The notes: generated by a model not told the origin, from the letters alone. DNA of 64,000 bases from Candidatus Eiseniibacteriota bacterium (GCA_965224245.1 OZ245046.1:736001-800000); one strand, 5' to 3'; positions 9,466-19,234 are shown, counted from the stretch's first letter. Program-made: numbers and translations.

Positions 9466-11040
9466 GTGAAGCCCCAAACCCGTTTTCCATCTACGGTTTA
9501 CAACATCATCAGCCTCGTCGGCCTTGCGGTCGCGCTGTTCGGCCTGGCCGCCATCCTGATCCTGTACGTGCTCTCGTCCCTGGGGGGCTCCAACCCCTAC
9601 CTGGGGATCGTGATGCTCGTCGTGCTGCCCGCGATCATGGTCGTCGGCCTCCTCCTGATCCCCGTCGGCATGTGGCGGGAGCGGCAGCTGCGGCTCTCGG
9701 GCCGCCGCAAGGCGCTGATCATCAACGTGGCCAAGCGCGGTCACCGCAACGCGATCATCACGTTCGGGGTCGGCACCAGCATCTTCCTGTTCCTGACCAC
9801 CATCGGCATGTTCGAGACGTACGAGTTCACCGAGTCCAGCACGTTCTGCGGCGAGGTTTGCCACACGACGATGGCGCCCGAGTACACCGCGTGGCACGAG
9901 TCGCCGCACGCGCGCGTGGGGTGTGTCGACTGTCACGTGGGCGAGGGGTTCGACTGGTTCGTGAAGGCGAAGATCAGCGGCGTGCGGCAGGTCTGGCAGA
10001 TGGTCAATCGCAGCTGGCCCACGCCCATCCCCACGCCGATCCACGATCTGCGTCCCGCACGCGAGACCTGCGAGCACTGCCACTGGCCGGGCAAGTCCTA
10101 CGCATCGAAGGAGATCGTCCGCGATTACTTCCTCGGTGACGAGGCCAACACGCACTGGCGAATCCGGCTCCTGTTGCACGTGGGCGAGACGTCCACCCAG
10201 TCCGGACGGCGGGCCTGGGGCATTCACTGGCACGTGGATCCGCGCAACCGCGTCGAGTACGTGGCCGGCGACGACAAACGTCTGTCGGTCTCGCAGGTCA
10301 CCTGGTGGCAGAACGGAGAGCCGGTCGTCTACTCCGAGACCGGCCAGCCGCTCTCGCCGGACGAGATCGTGGAGGCCGAGCTCGAGGGCCGCGTGCGCAC
10401 GATGGACTGCATCGACTGCCACAATCGTCCCGCGCACGTCTACCTGCCGCCCACGCTGGCCGTGAACGGGGCGCTGTCCCACGGGGCGCTCGATCGGGAC
10501 CTGCCGTTCGCGAAGCGCGAGGCGGTCCGGGCGCTCTCGGCCGCATACGGCACCCGCGACGCCGGGCGCGACTCGATCCGGACCGTGCTCGAGCGCGTGT
10601 ACGCCGACATCGGCATCGACGTGCCCCAGAGCGCGGTGGCGGCGGTGATCGATCTCTACGAGCGAAACATGTTCCCGGAGATGGGTGTGCGCTGGAACGA
10701 GTACCCGGTGCACAACAGCCACATGGAGAGCCCGGGGTGCTTCCGGTGCCACGGCTCGAACCTGCGCAACGCGGCCGGCGAACGCATTCGCGACGACTGC
10801 GATCTCTGTCACAAGATCATCGCCCAGGGCCCGGTCGAGGACGACCACGAGTTCGGCCCGTCGCACTGGACCGGAGTCGACGAGGCCGTGACCGGCGTCG
10901 AGTTCGAGCATCCGATCTCGATCGACGGCGCACAGCGCGAGATGCGGTGCTGGGAGTGTCACTCCGGGGACGACTCGATCTATCTCGAAGGCGTCCCAAC
11001 GATTCCGAACGCGGCTCTGACCGCCGAGGTCGCGCCGTGA
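9466..11040 (+). CDS. NapC/NirT-family quinol-oxidising heptaheme cytochrome c, ImcH-like
   Basis: Three N-terminal TM helices with NPYLGI; TESSTFCGEVCH, SPHARVGCVDCHVG, LRPARETCEHCHWP, GIHWHV, RTMDCIDCHNRPAH, PGCFRCH; 7 heme motifs. Confidence 0.85.
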   Translation: MKPQTRFPSTVYNIISLVGLAVALFGLAAILILYVLSSLGGSNPYLGIVMLVVLPAIMVVGLLLIPVGMWRERQLRLSGRRKALIINVAKRGHRNAIITFGVGTSIFLFLTTIGMFETYEFTESSTFCGEVCHTTMAPEYTAWHESPHARVGCVDCHVGEGFDWFVKAKISGVRQVWQMVNRSWPTPIPTPIHDLRPARETCEHCHWPGKSYASKEIVRDYFLGDEANTHWRIRLLLHVGETSTQSGRRAWGIHWHVDPRNRVEYVAGDDKRLSVSQVTWWQNGEPVVYSETGQPLSPDEIVEAELEGRVRTMDCIDCHNRPAHVYLPPTLAVNGALSHGALDRDLPFAKREAVRALSAAYGTRDAGRDSIRTVLERVYADIGIDVPQSAVAAVIDLYERNMFPEMGVRWNEYPVHNSHMESPGCFRCHGSNLRNAAGERIRDDCDLCHKIIAQGPVEDDHEFGPSHWTGVDEAVTGVEFEHPISIDGAQREMRCWECHSGDDSIYLEGVPTIPNAALTAEVAP

Positions 11041-12122
11041 GGGCTCGCCATCGTTCCCGGATCCCCGGGGTCGAGATCTCCTTCGGAGCGATCCCGGCGG
11101 GAGCGATCGTCGCGGCGACCATCCTCGTGATCGGCGCCGGGTGCGGCCCCGTCGATCACACCGCCGGTGAGGCGGCGCCCGCGGACACGCTGGCCGATCT
11201 GTCGCCGTCCGAGCGTCCCGCCGGGTCGCCGCGGATGGAGGCGCTCTTCCGATCCGCCGCGGCCGGGACGTTCGACGAGGATCCGCATCGCTTCGAGTGT
11301 GCGCGATGCCACACGGGAGAGTCCGATCCGGAGGACCGGACGCTGTGGCGATTCCGGTGCCAGACGTCGGACTGTCACCCCCGGGCATGGACGGAGACCG
11401 TCTACCACCGGCTCGCACCCTCCACGTTCACGGTCTGCGTGAACTGTCACGTGCCGCACGTGTGGACCGCGAACGGCGAGGATTGCCGATCCTGTCACGG
11501 CGACATGAACGGTCCCCGGGGATCGGTCGAGCAGCACGTCCTGGCCACGTCGAAGCACTTCGAGCACTCGCTCCACTGGGACGTGGACTGCCGCCGGTGC
11601 CACGAGACGAAGAGCCACCACGCGTCGCGCGGACCCGCGTCGTCGGCCACGTGCATGTCGTGTCACCACGGTACCCAGATGAGCGCCGACTGCTCGAGCT
11701 GCCACGACCCGGGGAGCATCGCCCCGCTGGTGACCACGCGGGTGGCGTTCGACATCGGCGGCACCGAGTACGACCGCGAGGTGTCGTTCCCGCATCCGAT
11801 CCACGTGGATCTCGAGTGCTCGGACTGCCACACGTCACGCGAGAACGTGCGTGACGTGGAGGCGTGCGTGTCCTGCCACGACTTCCATCACGACCCCGGC
11901 GCGTCGTGCGTGTCGTGTCACACGCCCCCGCCGAGCGACGCGCACGACGTCGAGGTGCACGAGGAAGCCTGCTCGTCGTGCCACGAGCGGACCGAGTTCG
12001 ACGCGGCCTCGTTGAGCCGGGAGGTCTGCCTCGTGTGCCACCGGGCGCCGCCCGATCACGACCTCGAGGACGAAGAGGCGTGCACGTCGTGTCACGACAT
12101 GCCGGAGCGGAGTCTGGACTGA
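11037..12122 (+). CDS. Multiheme cytochrome c, 13 heme motifs, probable lipoprotein (361 aa)
   Basis: GTGA overlap with upstream stop; signal ending ILVIGAGC; 12 CxxCH plus CQTSDCH; colinear with C-terminal half of 7954..9282. Confidence 0.85.
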   Translation: MRARHRSRIPGVEISFGAIPAGAIVAATILVIGAGCGPVDHTAGEAAPADTLADLSPSERPAGSPRMEALFRSAAAGTFDEDPHRFECARCHTGESDPEDRTLWRFRCQTSDCHPRAWTETVYHRLAPSTFTVCVNCHVPHVWTANGEDCRSCHGDMNGPRGSVEQHVLATSKHFEHSLHWDVDCRRCHETKSHHASRGPASSATCMSCHHGTQMSADCSSCHDPGSIAPLVTTRVAFDIGGTEYDREVSFPHPIHVDLECSDCHTSRENVRDVEACVSCHDFHHDPGASCVSCHTPPPSDAHDVEVHEEACSSCHERTEFDAASLSREVCLVCHRAPPDHDLEDEEACTSCHDMPERSLD

Positions 12123-12170
12123 GCGGTTTCGCTCGGGGAGCGCGCCGGTGCGCGCCCCCCGGGATCGCGC

Positions 12171-14147
12171 CTAGCGCACCCGCACGATCCGCTCGCTGGT
12201 GACGGCCCGATCCGCCTCGAGCGTCACGTAGTACACGCCCGGCGCCGCCGGATGCCCGTCCTCGCCGAGGCCGTCCCACGCGAGCCGGAGCGTCCCCACG
12301 TCGATCGGCCCGCGGTGAACCGTGGCCACTTGCCGTCCCGTCGTGTCGTAGAGCCGCACCGTCGCGTCGTCGTACGGGCGACCGCTCCGGAGCTCGATCG
12401 AGACCACGCCCGCCGAGGGCTGGGGCGCCACCCGCGTCACCCGTGCGGTGACCGCCGATGCGACGTCGGGCGTCCCGACCGCGGTGACCTCCTCGTGCCA
12501 GTCGAGGATCCAGTTGTCGGGATCGAACACGATCGCCGTCGGCGTTCCGGTCAGGACGTCGAGCGTGAAGACCTGATACGGTGCGTCGTTCCAGATCGTG
12601 AATCGCTCGGTGCCCGAGGTCGTGACCACGTCGACCTCGATCGGCATCGTGAACAGGTTGGACTGCTGCTGATCGAGGGTCAGGACCACGTCGCCGGCTC
12701 CGTCGACCGTATACGCATACTGGTAGTCGGGACGACCGGGTCCGTAGATCCACTCGTCGAAGAAGTACGACAGATCCTGTCCGCTCCGCGACTCCATCAC
12801 GGCCTGGAGATCCTCGGTGGTCGCATGGGAGTACGCGTGCGCCGCGCGGTAGTCCAGAACGCCGGCCCAGAAGTCGTCCTCACCCAAGACGCCGCGCAGC
12901 ATGTGCACGACCCATGCGCCCTTGCGATACACGACGCCCGAGAAGATCTCCCATGGGTTCGTCAGGTCGTAGCGATACACTGGTGTGTCGAAGCCGTCGG
13001 GATCGTCGATCCAGTCCATGTAGTCCGCGTAGCCCCCGGGCACCTGGGATCCGTACCAGACGCCCTCCGACCAGGTCGCGAACCCCTCGTTGAGCCAGAT
13101 GTGCCCCCAGTCGGCGCACGTGACGAGATCGCCCCACCACTGATGTGCCAGCTCGTGCGCGATGATGAGCTCCGAGCCGACGCAGCAGGAGCCCATGGAC
13201 GTCATCGTCTGGTGCTCCATCGCGCCGCCGAACGGAAACTCCACCATCCCGTAGCGTTCGGCCAGGAACGGGTACTCGCCGAACACGGTCCGGTAGAGCT
13301 CGATCTGCTCGGCCACGACCGGCCACGAGGAGAGCGATTCGCTCTCGTCCTCGGGGTACACGTAGTACTCGAGCGGCATCTCGGTGCCGTCGCCCGCGAC
13401 GTAGATGTCCGTCCAGGTCGTGAAGTTCGTGACGGTCGCCGCGATCAGATACGTCGCGATCGGATAGTCGGTGTGGTGCCGGTACGTCTTCGTGGCGCCG
13501 TCGTCGTCGACGCCGACGAGGAGACCGTTCGAGACGGCGACGTACTCGGACGGCACGGTGATCGCGACGTCACACGTGGCCTTGTCGGTCGGGGTCTCCT
13601 TGCACGGCCACCACGTGCGGGCGAACCAGGGCTCGCTCAGTGATGCCGCCAGCGGCGTGCCCGCGTGCGTGTCGAAGACGAAGCTCTGGAGGCCTTCCTC
13701 GGGCGGCGTGCCGTTGTACGCGATCGTGATCGCGAACGCGTCGTCCTCGCTCATCGCGGCGTCGAGGGTGATCGACACGCGGTGATCGGCGCGCGTGAAG
13801 GTGAGGGGAGTGCCGTCGTGATCGATGGACGTGATCGTCAGATCGTCATGAAGATCGATCGGCACCGACAGGAGGTTCGGGATCAGGCTGACCGCCGAGA
13901 TCGTACAGGCCCCGTCCACCGTGTGCGCGTCGAGGTCGATCGCGAGATCGAGATCGTAGTGCTGCACGTCGAACGTGGTGACGGGCGGCGGAGGCCCCAG
14001 CACCGCGGCTCGGAGACGCTCGGACTTGATGGCGCTACAGCCCTGCGAGGGATCGAGATCAGCAAGGCTCGGCACCTCGGCGCGTGCGGCGACCGCCGCG
14101 ATCAGGAGAACCGTCGAGAGCATGGGGAAGGCGCGCGAGACGCACAT
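12171..14147 (-). CDS. Secreted M1-family aminopeptidase with T9SS/FlgD-type C-terminal domain
   Basis: GAMEHQT and HELAHQWWG...WLNEGFA zinc motif; VYRKGAWVVHMLR; start ATG 14147 with GAGGAG RBS; C-terminal WDGLGEDGHPAAPGVY. Confidence 0.9.
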   Translation of the reverse strand: MCVSRAFPMLSTVLLIAAVAARAEVPSLADLDPSQGCSAIKSERLRAAVLGPPPPVTTFDVQHYDLDLAIDLDAHTVDGACTISAVSLIPNLLSVPIDLHDDLTITSIDHDGTPLTFTRADHRVSITLDAAMSEDDAFAITIAYNGTPPEEGLQSFVFDTHAGTPLAASLSEPWFARTWWPCKETPTDKATCDVAITVPSEYVAVSNGLLVGVDDDGATKTYRHHTDYPIATYLIAATVTNFTTWTDIYVAGDGTEMPLEYYVYPEDESESLSSWPVVAEQIELYRTVFGEYPFLAERYGMVEFPFGGAMEHQTMTSMGSCCVGSELIIAHELAHQWWGDLVTCADWGHIWLNEGFATWSEGVWYGSQVPGGYADYMDWIDDPDGFDTPVYRYDLTNPWEIFSGVVYRKGAWVVHMLRGVLGEDDFWAGVLDYRAAHAYSHATTEDLQAVMESRSGQDLSYFFDEWIYGPGRPDYQYAYTVDGAGDVVLTLDQQQSNLFTMPIEVDVVTTSGTERFTIWNDAPYQVFTLDVLTGTPTAIVFDPDNWILDWHEEVTAVGTPDVASAVTARVTRVAPQPSAGVVSIELRSGRPYDDATVRLYDTTGRQVATVHRGPIDVGTLRLAWDGLGEDGHPAAPGVYYVTLEADRAVTSERIVRVR

Positions 14148-14236
14148 GGCGCAACTCCTCGAGGAGGCAGGGGGGGATGTCCGGCGAGAATCGCCAACGG
14201 AACCCTCCACGATGCGCCGGGCGGGTCGAGCGCCGC

Positions 14237-14274
14237 AATCGTGGGTTCCCCGTATGTACGGGGATTCCACGATT
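14237..14274. promoter_or_regulatory. 38-bp imperfect palindrome in divergent promoter (candidate operator)
   Basis: AATCGTGG-GT-TCCCCGTA-TG-TACGGGGA-TT-CCACGATT between divergent M1 peptidase and LVIVD genes. Confidence 0.5.
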
Positions 14275-14407
14275 CAACCGGACCGGCACCCATCTAGAAT
14301 GATCGGTCGAATTGTGGTCGCCGCTGCTCGCATCCGCACTCGCGGGTCGGCGTCGCGCCGATCCCGGCTGTGGGCGCAATGGATCGACTCCAGACCGGGA
14401 GGAGCTC

Positions 14408-16642
14408 ATGGGGTCCCTCGCTCGCCTGCCGCGCCCGGTGCTCCACGCCGCCACCGGCGTCGCGTGCGGTATCGTGGTCACGTTCGTCACACCCGGGACC
14501 GCGTCCGCCGACGGCGCCTGCTTCAACTACCTCGAGAGCCTCCGTTGGTCGGTCGCGGATGCCTCTCTCGGCTACGTGGAAGAGACGGCACTCGTCGGAG
14601 ACCGGCTCTACGCGCTGAGCACGTATCCCACGGTGCTGCACGTTCTCGACGTCGGCGATCCGGACGCGCCGGTCGAGCTGGGGTCGCTCGGGCTCGCCGG
14701 CGAAGGAGAGGCGGACTACCGGCTCCACGTCGATGGATCTCTCGTCTACGTCCCGCGTCCGACCGGCCTCTGGATCGTGGACGTGTCGGATCCCACCGAC
14801 CCGACCCTGCGGGGACAGGTCACGACCGGCGCCCCGGCCTACGACGTGACGGTCGTGGCCAGCCATGCTTACGTGTCCTACGGCCACTCCGCCACATCGC
14901 TCGGACTCGGGGTCGTGGACGTCTCCGATCCCGACGCCCCCACGCTCGTCACGGAGCTCGAGCGCCCGGCGTGGTCTCCGGTCCTCGCGGTGAGTGGCTA
15001 CGTCGTCGTTGCGAAGGACGAGGGCCTCGACGTGCTGGATGTCTCCGATCCGAGCGCGCCGACGCCCGCCGAGACCTGGGCGCTGGGAGGCCCCGCCGTC
15101 GACCTCGACGTCCGGAACGGGCGCCTGTACGCCGTGGCGAACACCGAGCTGACCGTGCTCGACGTGACCACCCCGACGACGCTGAGCTTCGTCGCGTCGT
15201 TCGACGTCGAGCTTCCGGTGTCGCGACTCGCCGTGGACGACACCAGCGCGTACGTGATCGTCGATCACGGAATGGTGTACGCCAGCCGGCTCGTGATCGT
15301 CGGTCTCCTGGGAGGCCCCCACGCGGTGGGCGCGATCGCGGCGCCCGACTACGCGAACGGCGTCACCGTCGGCTCCGAGCGGGCCTACGTCGGCGGCCAG
15401 GATGCGGGACTCCTCGTCGCCGATCTCCGGTACCCGGGCACCGCGCCGAAGGTGGGCCACCTGGCGACCGCGTTTCCGGTCGCGGACGTGGTCGTCGCGC
15501 ACCCGTACGCCTACGTGGCCGGCGGCTTCGGGGGTGGGCTGGGTGTGATCGACATCTCCACGCCCACCGCGCCCACCGCGGTGGGCAACCTGACGACGCT
15601 GGGGACCGCGATCCGGGTGGCCGTATCGGGACCGATCGCGGCGCTGTCCGACGACCAGACGTTGCGCATCGTCGACGTCTCGGCTCCGGCGAGCCCGACC
15701 GAGATGGGGTCGGTTGCGCTGCCCTCCACCGCACGAGGCTCGGAGTTCGACGGCGGCATCGTGTTCGTGGCCGCCGACGACGCGGGGCTTCAGGTCGTCG
15801 ACGCCTCGACCCCCGAGGCGCCGTCGATCTGCGCGTCGATCGCGTCACCCGATGGCGCCTACGACGTCGCACTCCACGGCAACTACGTCTACCTGGCCAC
15901 CGAGGCCCGCACGCTGATGGTGGTGGACGTAACCGATCCCTGCATGCCGGCGCTCGTGACGAGCGTTCCCACGCCGGGCTATGCGTACGTCGTGCACGTC
16001 CTCGGCGACCGGGCGTACGTCGGCGACTCGACCGGCCTGACGATCTTCGACCTGACCGACCCGGCAGCGCCGAAGCTCGAGAGCTCGCTGGCCACCGGGG
16101 CTGTCTGGGGCATCCAGGTCCGGGGGTGGTACGCCTACCTGATCGGCCCCACCGGGATGCGGGTCGCGTACGTGGCCGACGAGATGAGCCCGGCGCTGAT
16201 GGGCGGGGTGACGTCGAACGCGTTCGCACGTGGCGTCGGGGTGACGGACACACACGTGTTCGTGGCCGACCAGGGTGACGGCCTCGCCGTCTACGAGATC
16301 GAGTGCGAGGGTGTGGTGCCGATCCTGGAGCCCGCGGACCATCCATCGCTCACACCCGCGCGCACGTGGCTCGGCACCGCGGCGCCGAACCCGTTCAACC
16401 CCATCACGCGGATCGCGTTCGCGGTGCGAGACCGCGATCCACTGAGCCTCGCGATCTACGACACGGCGGGCCGCCTGGTGCGACGTCTAGCAGATGGGCG
16501 TTCGCTCGCGCCCGGCACCTACGACGCACGGTGGGACGGACGGGACGACGCCGGTCGCGCGGCCCCGAGCGGGACGTACGTCGTCCGGCTCTGGACGCGG
16601 CGAGGGATCGACGAGCATCGGAAGATCTCGCTGATCCGGTGA
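14408..16642 (+). CDS. Secreted LVIVD-repeat beta-propeller protein with FlgD-Ig/T9SS-type C-terminal domain
   Basis: Many repeats such as GLWIVDVSDPTDP, GLGVVDVSDPDAP, GLGVIDISTPTAP; C-terminal AAPNPFNP...WDGRDDAGRAAPSGTY; GGAGG RBS before ATG 14408. Confidence 0.85.
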   Translation: MGSLARLPRPVLHAATGVACGIVVTFVTPGTASADGACFNYLESLRWSVADASLGYVEETALVGDRLYALSTYPTVLHVLDVGDPDAPVELGSLGLAGEGEADYRLHVDGSLVYVPRPTGLWIVDVSDPTDPTLRGQVTTGAPAYDVTVVASHAYVSYGHSATSLGLGVVDVSDPDAPTLVTELERPAWSPVLAVSGYVVVAKDEGLDVLDVSDPSAPTPAETWALGGPAVDLDVRNGRLYAVANTELTVLDVTTPTTLSFVASFDVELPVSRLAVDDTSAYVIVDHGMVYASRLVIVGLLGGPHAVGAIAAPDYANGVTVGSERAYVGGQDAGLLVADLRYPGTAPKVGHLATAFPVADVVVAHPYAYVAGGFGGGLGVIDISTPTAPTAVGNLTTLGTAIRVAVSGPIAALSDDQTLRIVDVSAPASPTEMGSVALPSTARGSEFDGGIVFVAADDAGLQVVDASTPEAPSICASIASPDGAYDVALHGNYVYLATEARTLMVVDVTDPCMPALVTSVPTPGYAYVVHVLGDRAYVGDSTGLTIFDLTDPAAPKLESSLATGAVWGIQVRGWYAYLIGPTGMRVAYVADEMSPALMGGVTSNAFARGVGVTDTHVFVADQGDGLAVYEIECEGVVPILEPADHPSLTPARTWLGTAAPNPFNPITRIAFAVRDRDPLSLAIYDTAGRLVRRLADGRSLAPGTYDARWDGRDDAGRAAPSGTYVVRLWTRRGIDEHRKISLIR

Positions 16643-16797
16643 TCAGGGGCGGGTGCGGCCGACGCCACCGTCGGGCTGCGCCCGGCGTGTCCGCCGGCGG
16701 CACGGACGTCGTGCCGCCGGTCGCCGCCTCCACCCTGTCGCTTGCTCTGCGCATCGGTCGGGCGTACCGTGCCCCACTTTCCTTGCCGGAGACCGCG

Positions 16798-18198
16798 ATG
16801 AGCCCGACGACGCCGGAGCTGACCCGGCGCGCCATGCGCCTCTCGATCTGGGAAGGCGTCGTCTGGGCGCTGATGGTCGGGCTGGGCGAGACGTACTTCG
16901 TGGCGGATGCGGTGCGGCTTGGGGCGACCGCGCTCGAGCTGGGGCTCGTGGTGACGTTGCCCTTGGCGCTCGCCGGGATCGGTCCCCTGGTGACGCTCTC
17001 GCTTCTGCGGGTGCGGAGCCGACGGGCTCTGGCCACGCTGGGGGCGTCCGCGCAGACCCTCACGCTGGCCGTGCTCGCCACGCTGGAGTGGACGGGCATC
17101 CTCACGCCGAGATCGCTGATCGCGGTGGCCTGCATCTATGCGATGGCGGGACAGGCCGCCGGCACCGCGTGGTCGTCGTGGTACGGGGACCTGGTGCCGG
17201 CCGCCGAGCGCGGTCGCTACTTCGCCCGCCGGAACCGCGCCATCTACGTCACGACGTGTCTCGGGCTCGTCCTCGGCGGGTTGCTCCTCCAGCGTCTGGA
17301 GCCGGCATCCGCCGGGGCGGCGGTCGCCGCAGGCGGGGGGCTCGGGTTCGCGGTCATCTTCACGATCGCCGTGGCCTGCCGGGCGGCCTCGGCGATCCTG
17401 CTCGCACGTTCTCCCGAGCCGCCGTTTCGTGGCATCGCCGACCGCCACGAGACCCGTGCCTTCTTCACGAGCCGCCCCGGACGGCGCGCACTGTCGCTCC
17501 TGGCGGTGGCGACGACGTTCCACTTCGCGGCCTATCTCAGCTCGCCGTACTTCGGGCCCTTCATGCTGGAGACGCTCCGCTTCACCTACGTCGAGTACAT
17601 GATCGCCAGCGTGTGGGTGGTCGTGATCAAGGCGCTGTCGACGCTCTGGTGGGGACGGGGCGTGGATCGCTTCGGTGCCGGACGGATGTTCCGGCTGGCC
17701 TTGTTCCTGGTGGGGCTCGTGCCCGTGCCCTGGATCGTCGCTCACGACCTCTGGATCGTGCTGCTCGGTCAGGGCCTTTCGGGGCTCGCCTGGTGCGGGT
17801 ACGAGCTCGGGTTCTTCACGTCGATGCTGGAGTCCACGACGCCGGCGACGCGACCGAGCGTGTTCGCGGCCCAGAGTCTGGTCGTCGGATGGGCGCAGCT
17901 CGCGGCCGGTGTCATCGCCGCGCACCTCCTGGGGGCGCTCGACGGCGGGTTCCGGACGCTCTTCGCGATCAGCGCCGGGCTTCGCCTCGGGATCGCCGCG
18001 CTGATGCCGCTGTGGATGCGCCGGGACGTGGTCCTGGTCCCGGTGAGGACCGCCGCGCTCTCGTTCCGCTCTCTCGGATTCCGGCCGAGCGGCGGGCTGT
18101 CCCGCCGGCCGGTGTTCGATGCGCCCGACGAGGTCGAGGGCGACCCGATCGGGGCTCTGCCGGAGACGGCCGCGCCGGAGGCCTCGTCGCGGGACTGA
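16798..18198 (+). CDS. MFS transporter
   Basis: About 12 hydrophobic helices; WSSWYGDLVPAAERGRYFARRN and WGRGVDRFGA MFS loop motifs. Confidence 0.8.
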   Translation: MSPTTPELTRRAMRLSIWEGVVWALMVGLGETYFVADAVRLGATALELGLVVTLPLALAGIGPLVTLSLLRVRSRRALATLGASAQTLTLAVLATLEWTGILTPRSLIAVACIYAMAGQAAGTAWSSWYGDLVPAAERGRYFARRNRAIYVTTCLGLVLGGLLLQRLEPASAGAAVAAGGGLGFAVIFTIAVACRAASAILLARSPEPPFRGIADRHETRAFFTSRPGRRALSLLAVATTFHFAAYLSSPYFGPFMLETLRFTYVEYMIASVWVVVIKALSTLWWGRGVDRFGAGRMFRLALFLVGLVPVPWIVAHDLWIVLLGQGLSGLAWCGYELGFFTSMLESTTPATRPSVFAAQSLVVGWAQLAAGVIAAHLLGALDGGFRTLFAISAGLRLGIAALMPLWMRRDVVLVPVRTAALSFRSLGFRPSGGLSRRPVFDAPDEVEGDPIGALPETAAPEASSRD

Positions 18199-18349
18199 GC
18201 GAGGACGGTTTTCCGGATCGCGTTCGCGGAGCGACGCGCTACTCTGGGTCCCACGATGTGTGCGGCGACGTCGGGACCTCCGAGCGCCGGCGACACTCCG
18301 GCACGAGCACGGGGTGAACTCGAGGCCCGCCAGGGGGTGGAGCGAACGC

Positions 18350-19234
18350 ATGGATCTACTCGTCACGAGCTTCAGGGATGAATGGAACGGTCTCATCCGG
18401 CTCCTGCCGAGGTTGCTGGTGGCGGCGGGCGTGTTCGTGGTCATCGCGTGGGGCGGACGCGCCGCCACGCGTCCGCTTCTCCGCCTGCTCGGCCGGAGCC
18501 AGCTCCGCGCGATCCACCTCGGGTTCATCCGGAACGTCATGCGGTGGATCTTCGCGCTCCTGGGGCTGGTGGTGGCCCTGAACGTGCTGGGCCTCCGGGG
18601 TGTCGCCGGGAGCCTGCTGGCCGGCGGGGGCGTGACCGCGATCGTCGTCGGGTTCGCGTTTCGCGCCGTGGTCGAGAACTTCCTGGCCGGGCTGTTCCTG
18701 GTCATGGGGCGCTCGTTCAAGGTGGGAGATCTGATCGCGTCCGGCGACTTCGAGGGCGTCGTTCGGGGCATCGAGCTCCGGCACACCCACATCCGCACCG
18801 TCGACGGCCGGGACGTCTTCATCCCCAGCATCGAGCTCTTCACCAAGCCGCTGGTCAACTACACGCTGGACGGCCTGCGCCGGCTCTCGTTCCGGGTGGG
18901 CATCGACTATCGCGACGACGTCGAGCGGGCGCGGCAGCTCCTCCTGGACGCGGTGATGCGCTCGGGCTTCGTGCTCACCGACCCGGTGCCGCTGGTCACG
19001 ATCGGTGAGCTGGCCACGAACGCGGTGGTCCTGCAGGTGTCGTACTGGATCGACACGTTCGATCCGGCCCCACCCGGGATCTCGGTGCCGAGCGAGCTGA
19101 TGGATCGCTGTCGCCGGGTGATCCTGGAGAACGGGTTCACGATCAGCTCCGAGGTGAGCACGGCGATCGTCTTCGGTGAGGGAGCCCCGGTCGGCGTGCG
19201 GCTCGAGCGCGAGGATGCCCCGAGATCCGGGTGA
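18350..19234 (+). CDS. Small-conductance mechanosensitive channel (MscS family)
   Basis: LLAGGGVTAIVVGFAFRAVVENFLAG, FKVGDLI, GVVRGIELRHT, RVGIDYRDD. Confidence 0.9.
   Translation: MDLLVTSFRDEWNGLIRLLPRLLVAAGVFVVIAWGGRAATRPLLRLLGRSQLRAIHLGFIRNVMRWIFALLGLVVALNVLGLRGVAGSLLAGGGVTAIVVGFAFRAVVENFLAGLFLVMGRSFKVGDLIASGDFEGVVRGIELRHTHIRTVDGRDVFIPSIELFTKPLVNYTLDGLRRLSFRVGIDYRDDVERARQLLLDAVMRSGFVLTDPVPLVTIGELATNAVVLQVSYWIDTFDPAPPGISVPSELMDRCRRVILENGFTISSEVSTAIVFGEGAPVGVRLEREDAPRSG

Noticed and set aside
3069-12122. Complete porin-cytochrome (MtrAB/Pcc) conduit or OmcS/OmcZ nanowire
   Set aside because: No beta-barrel gene in the island and no recognisable nanowire cytochrome; EET stays an inference
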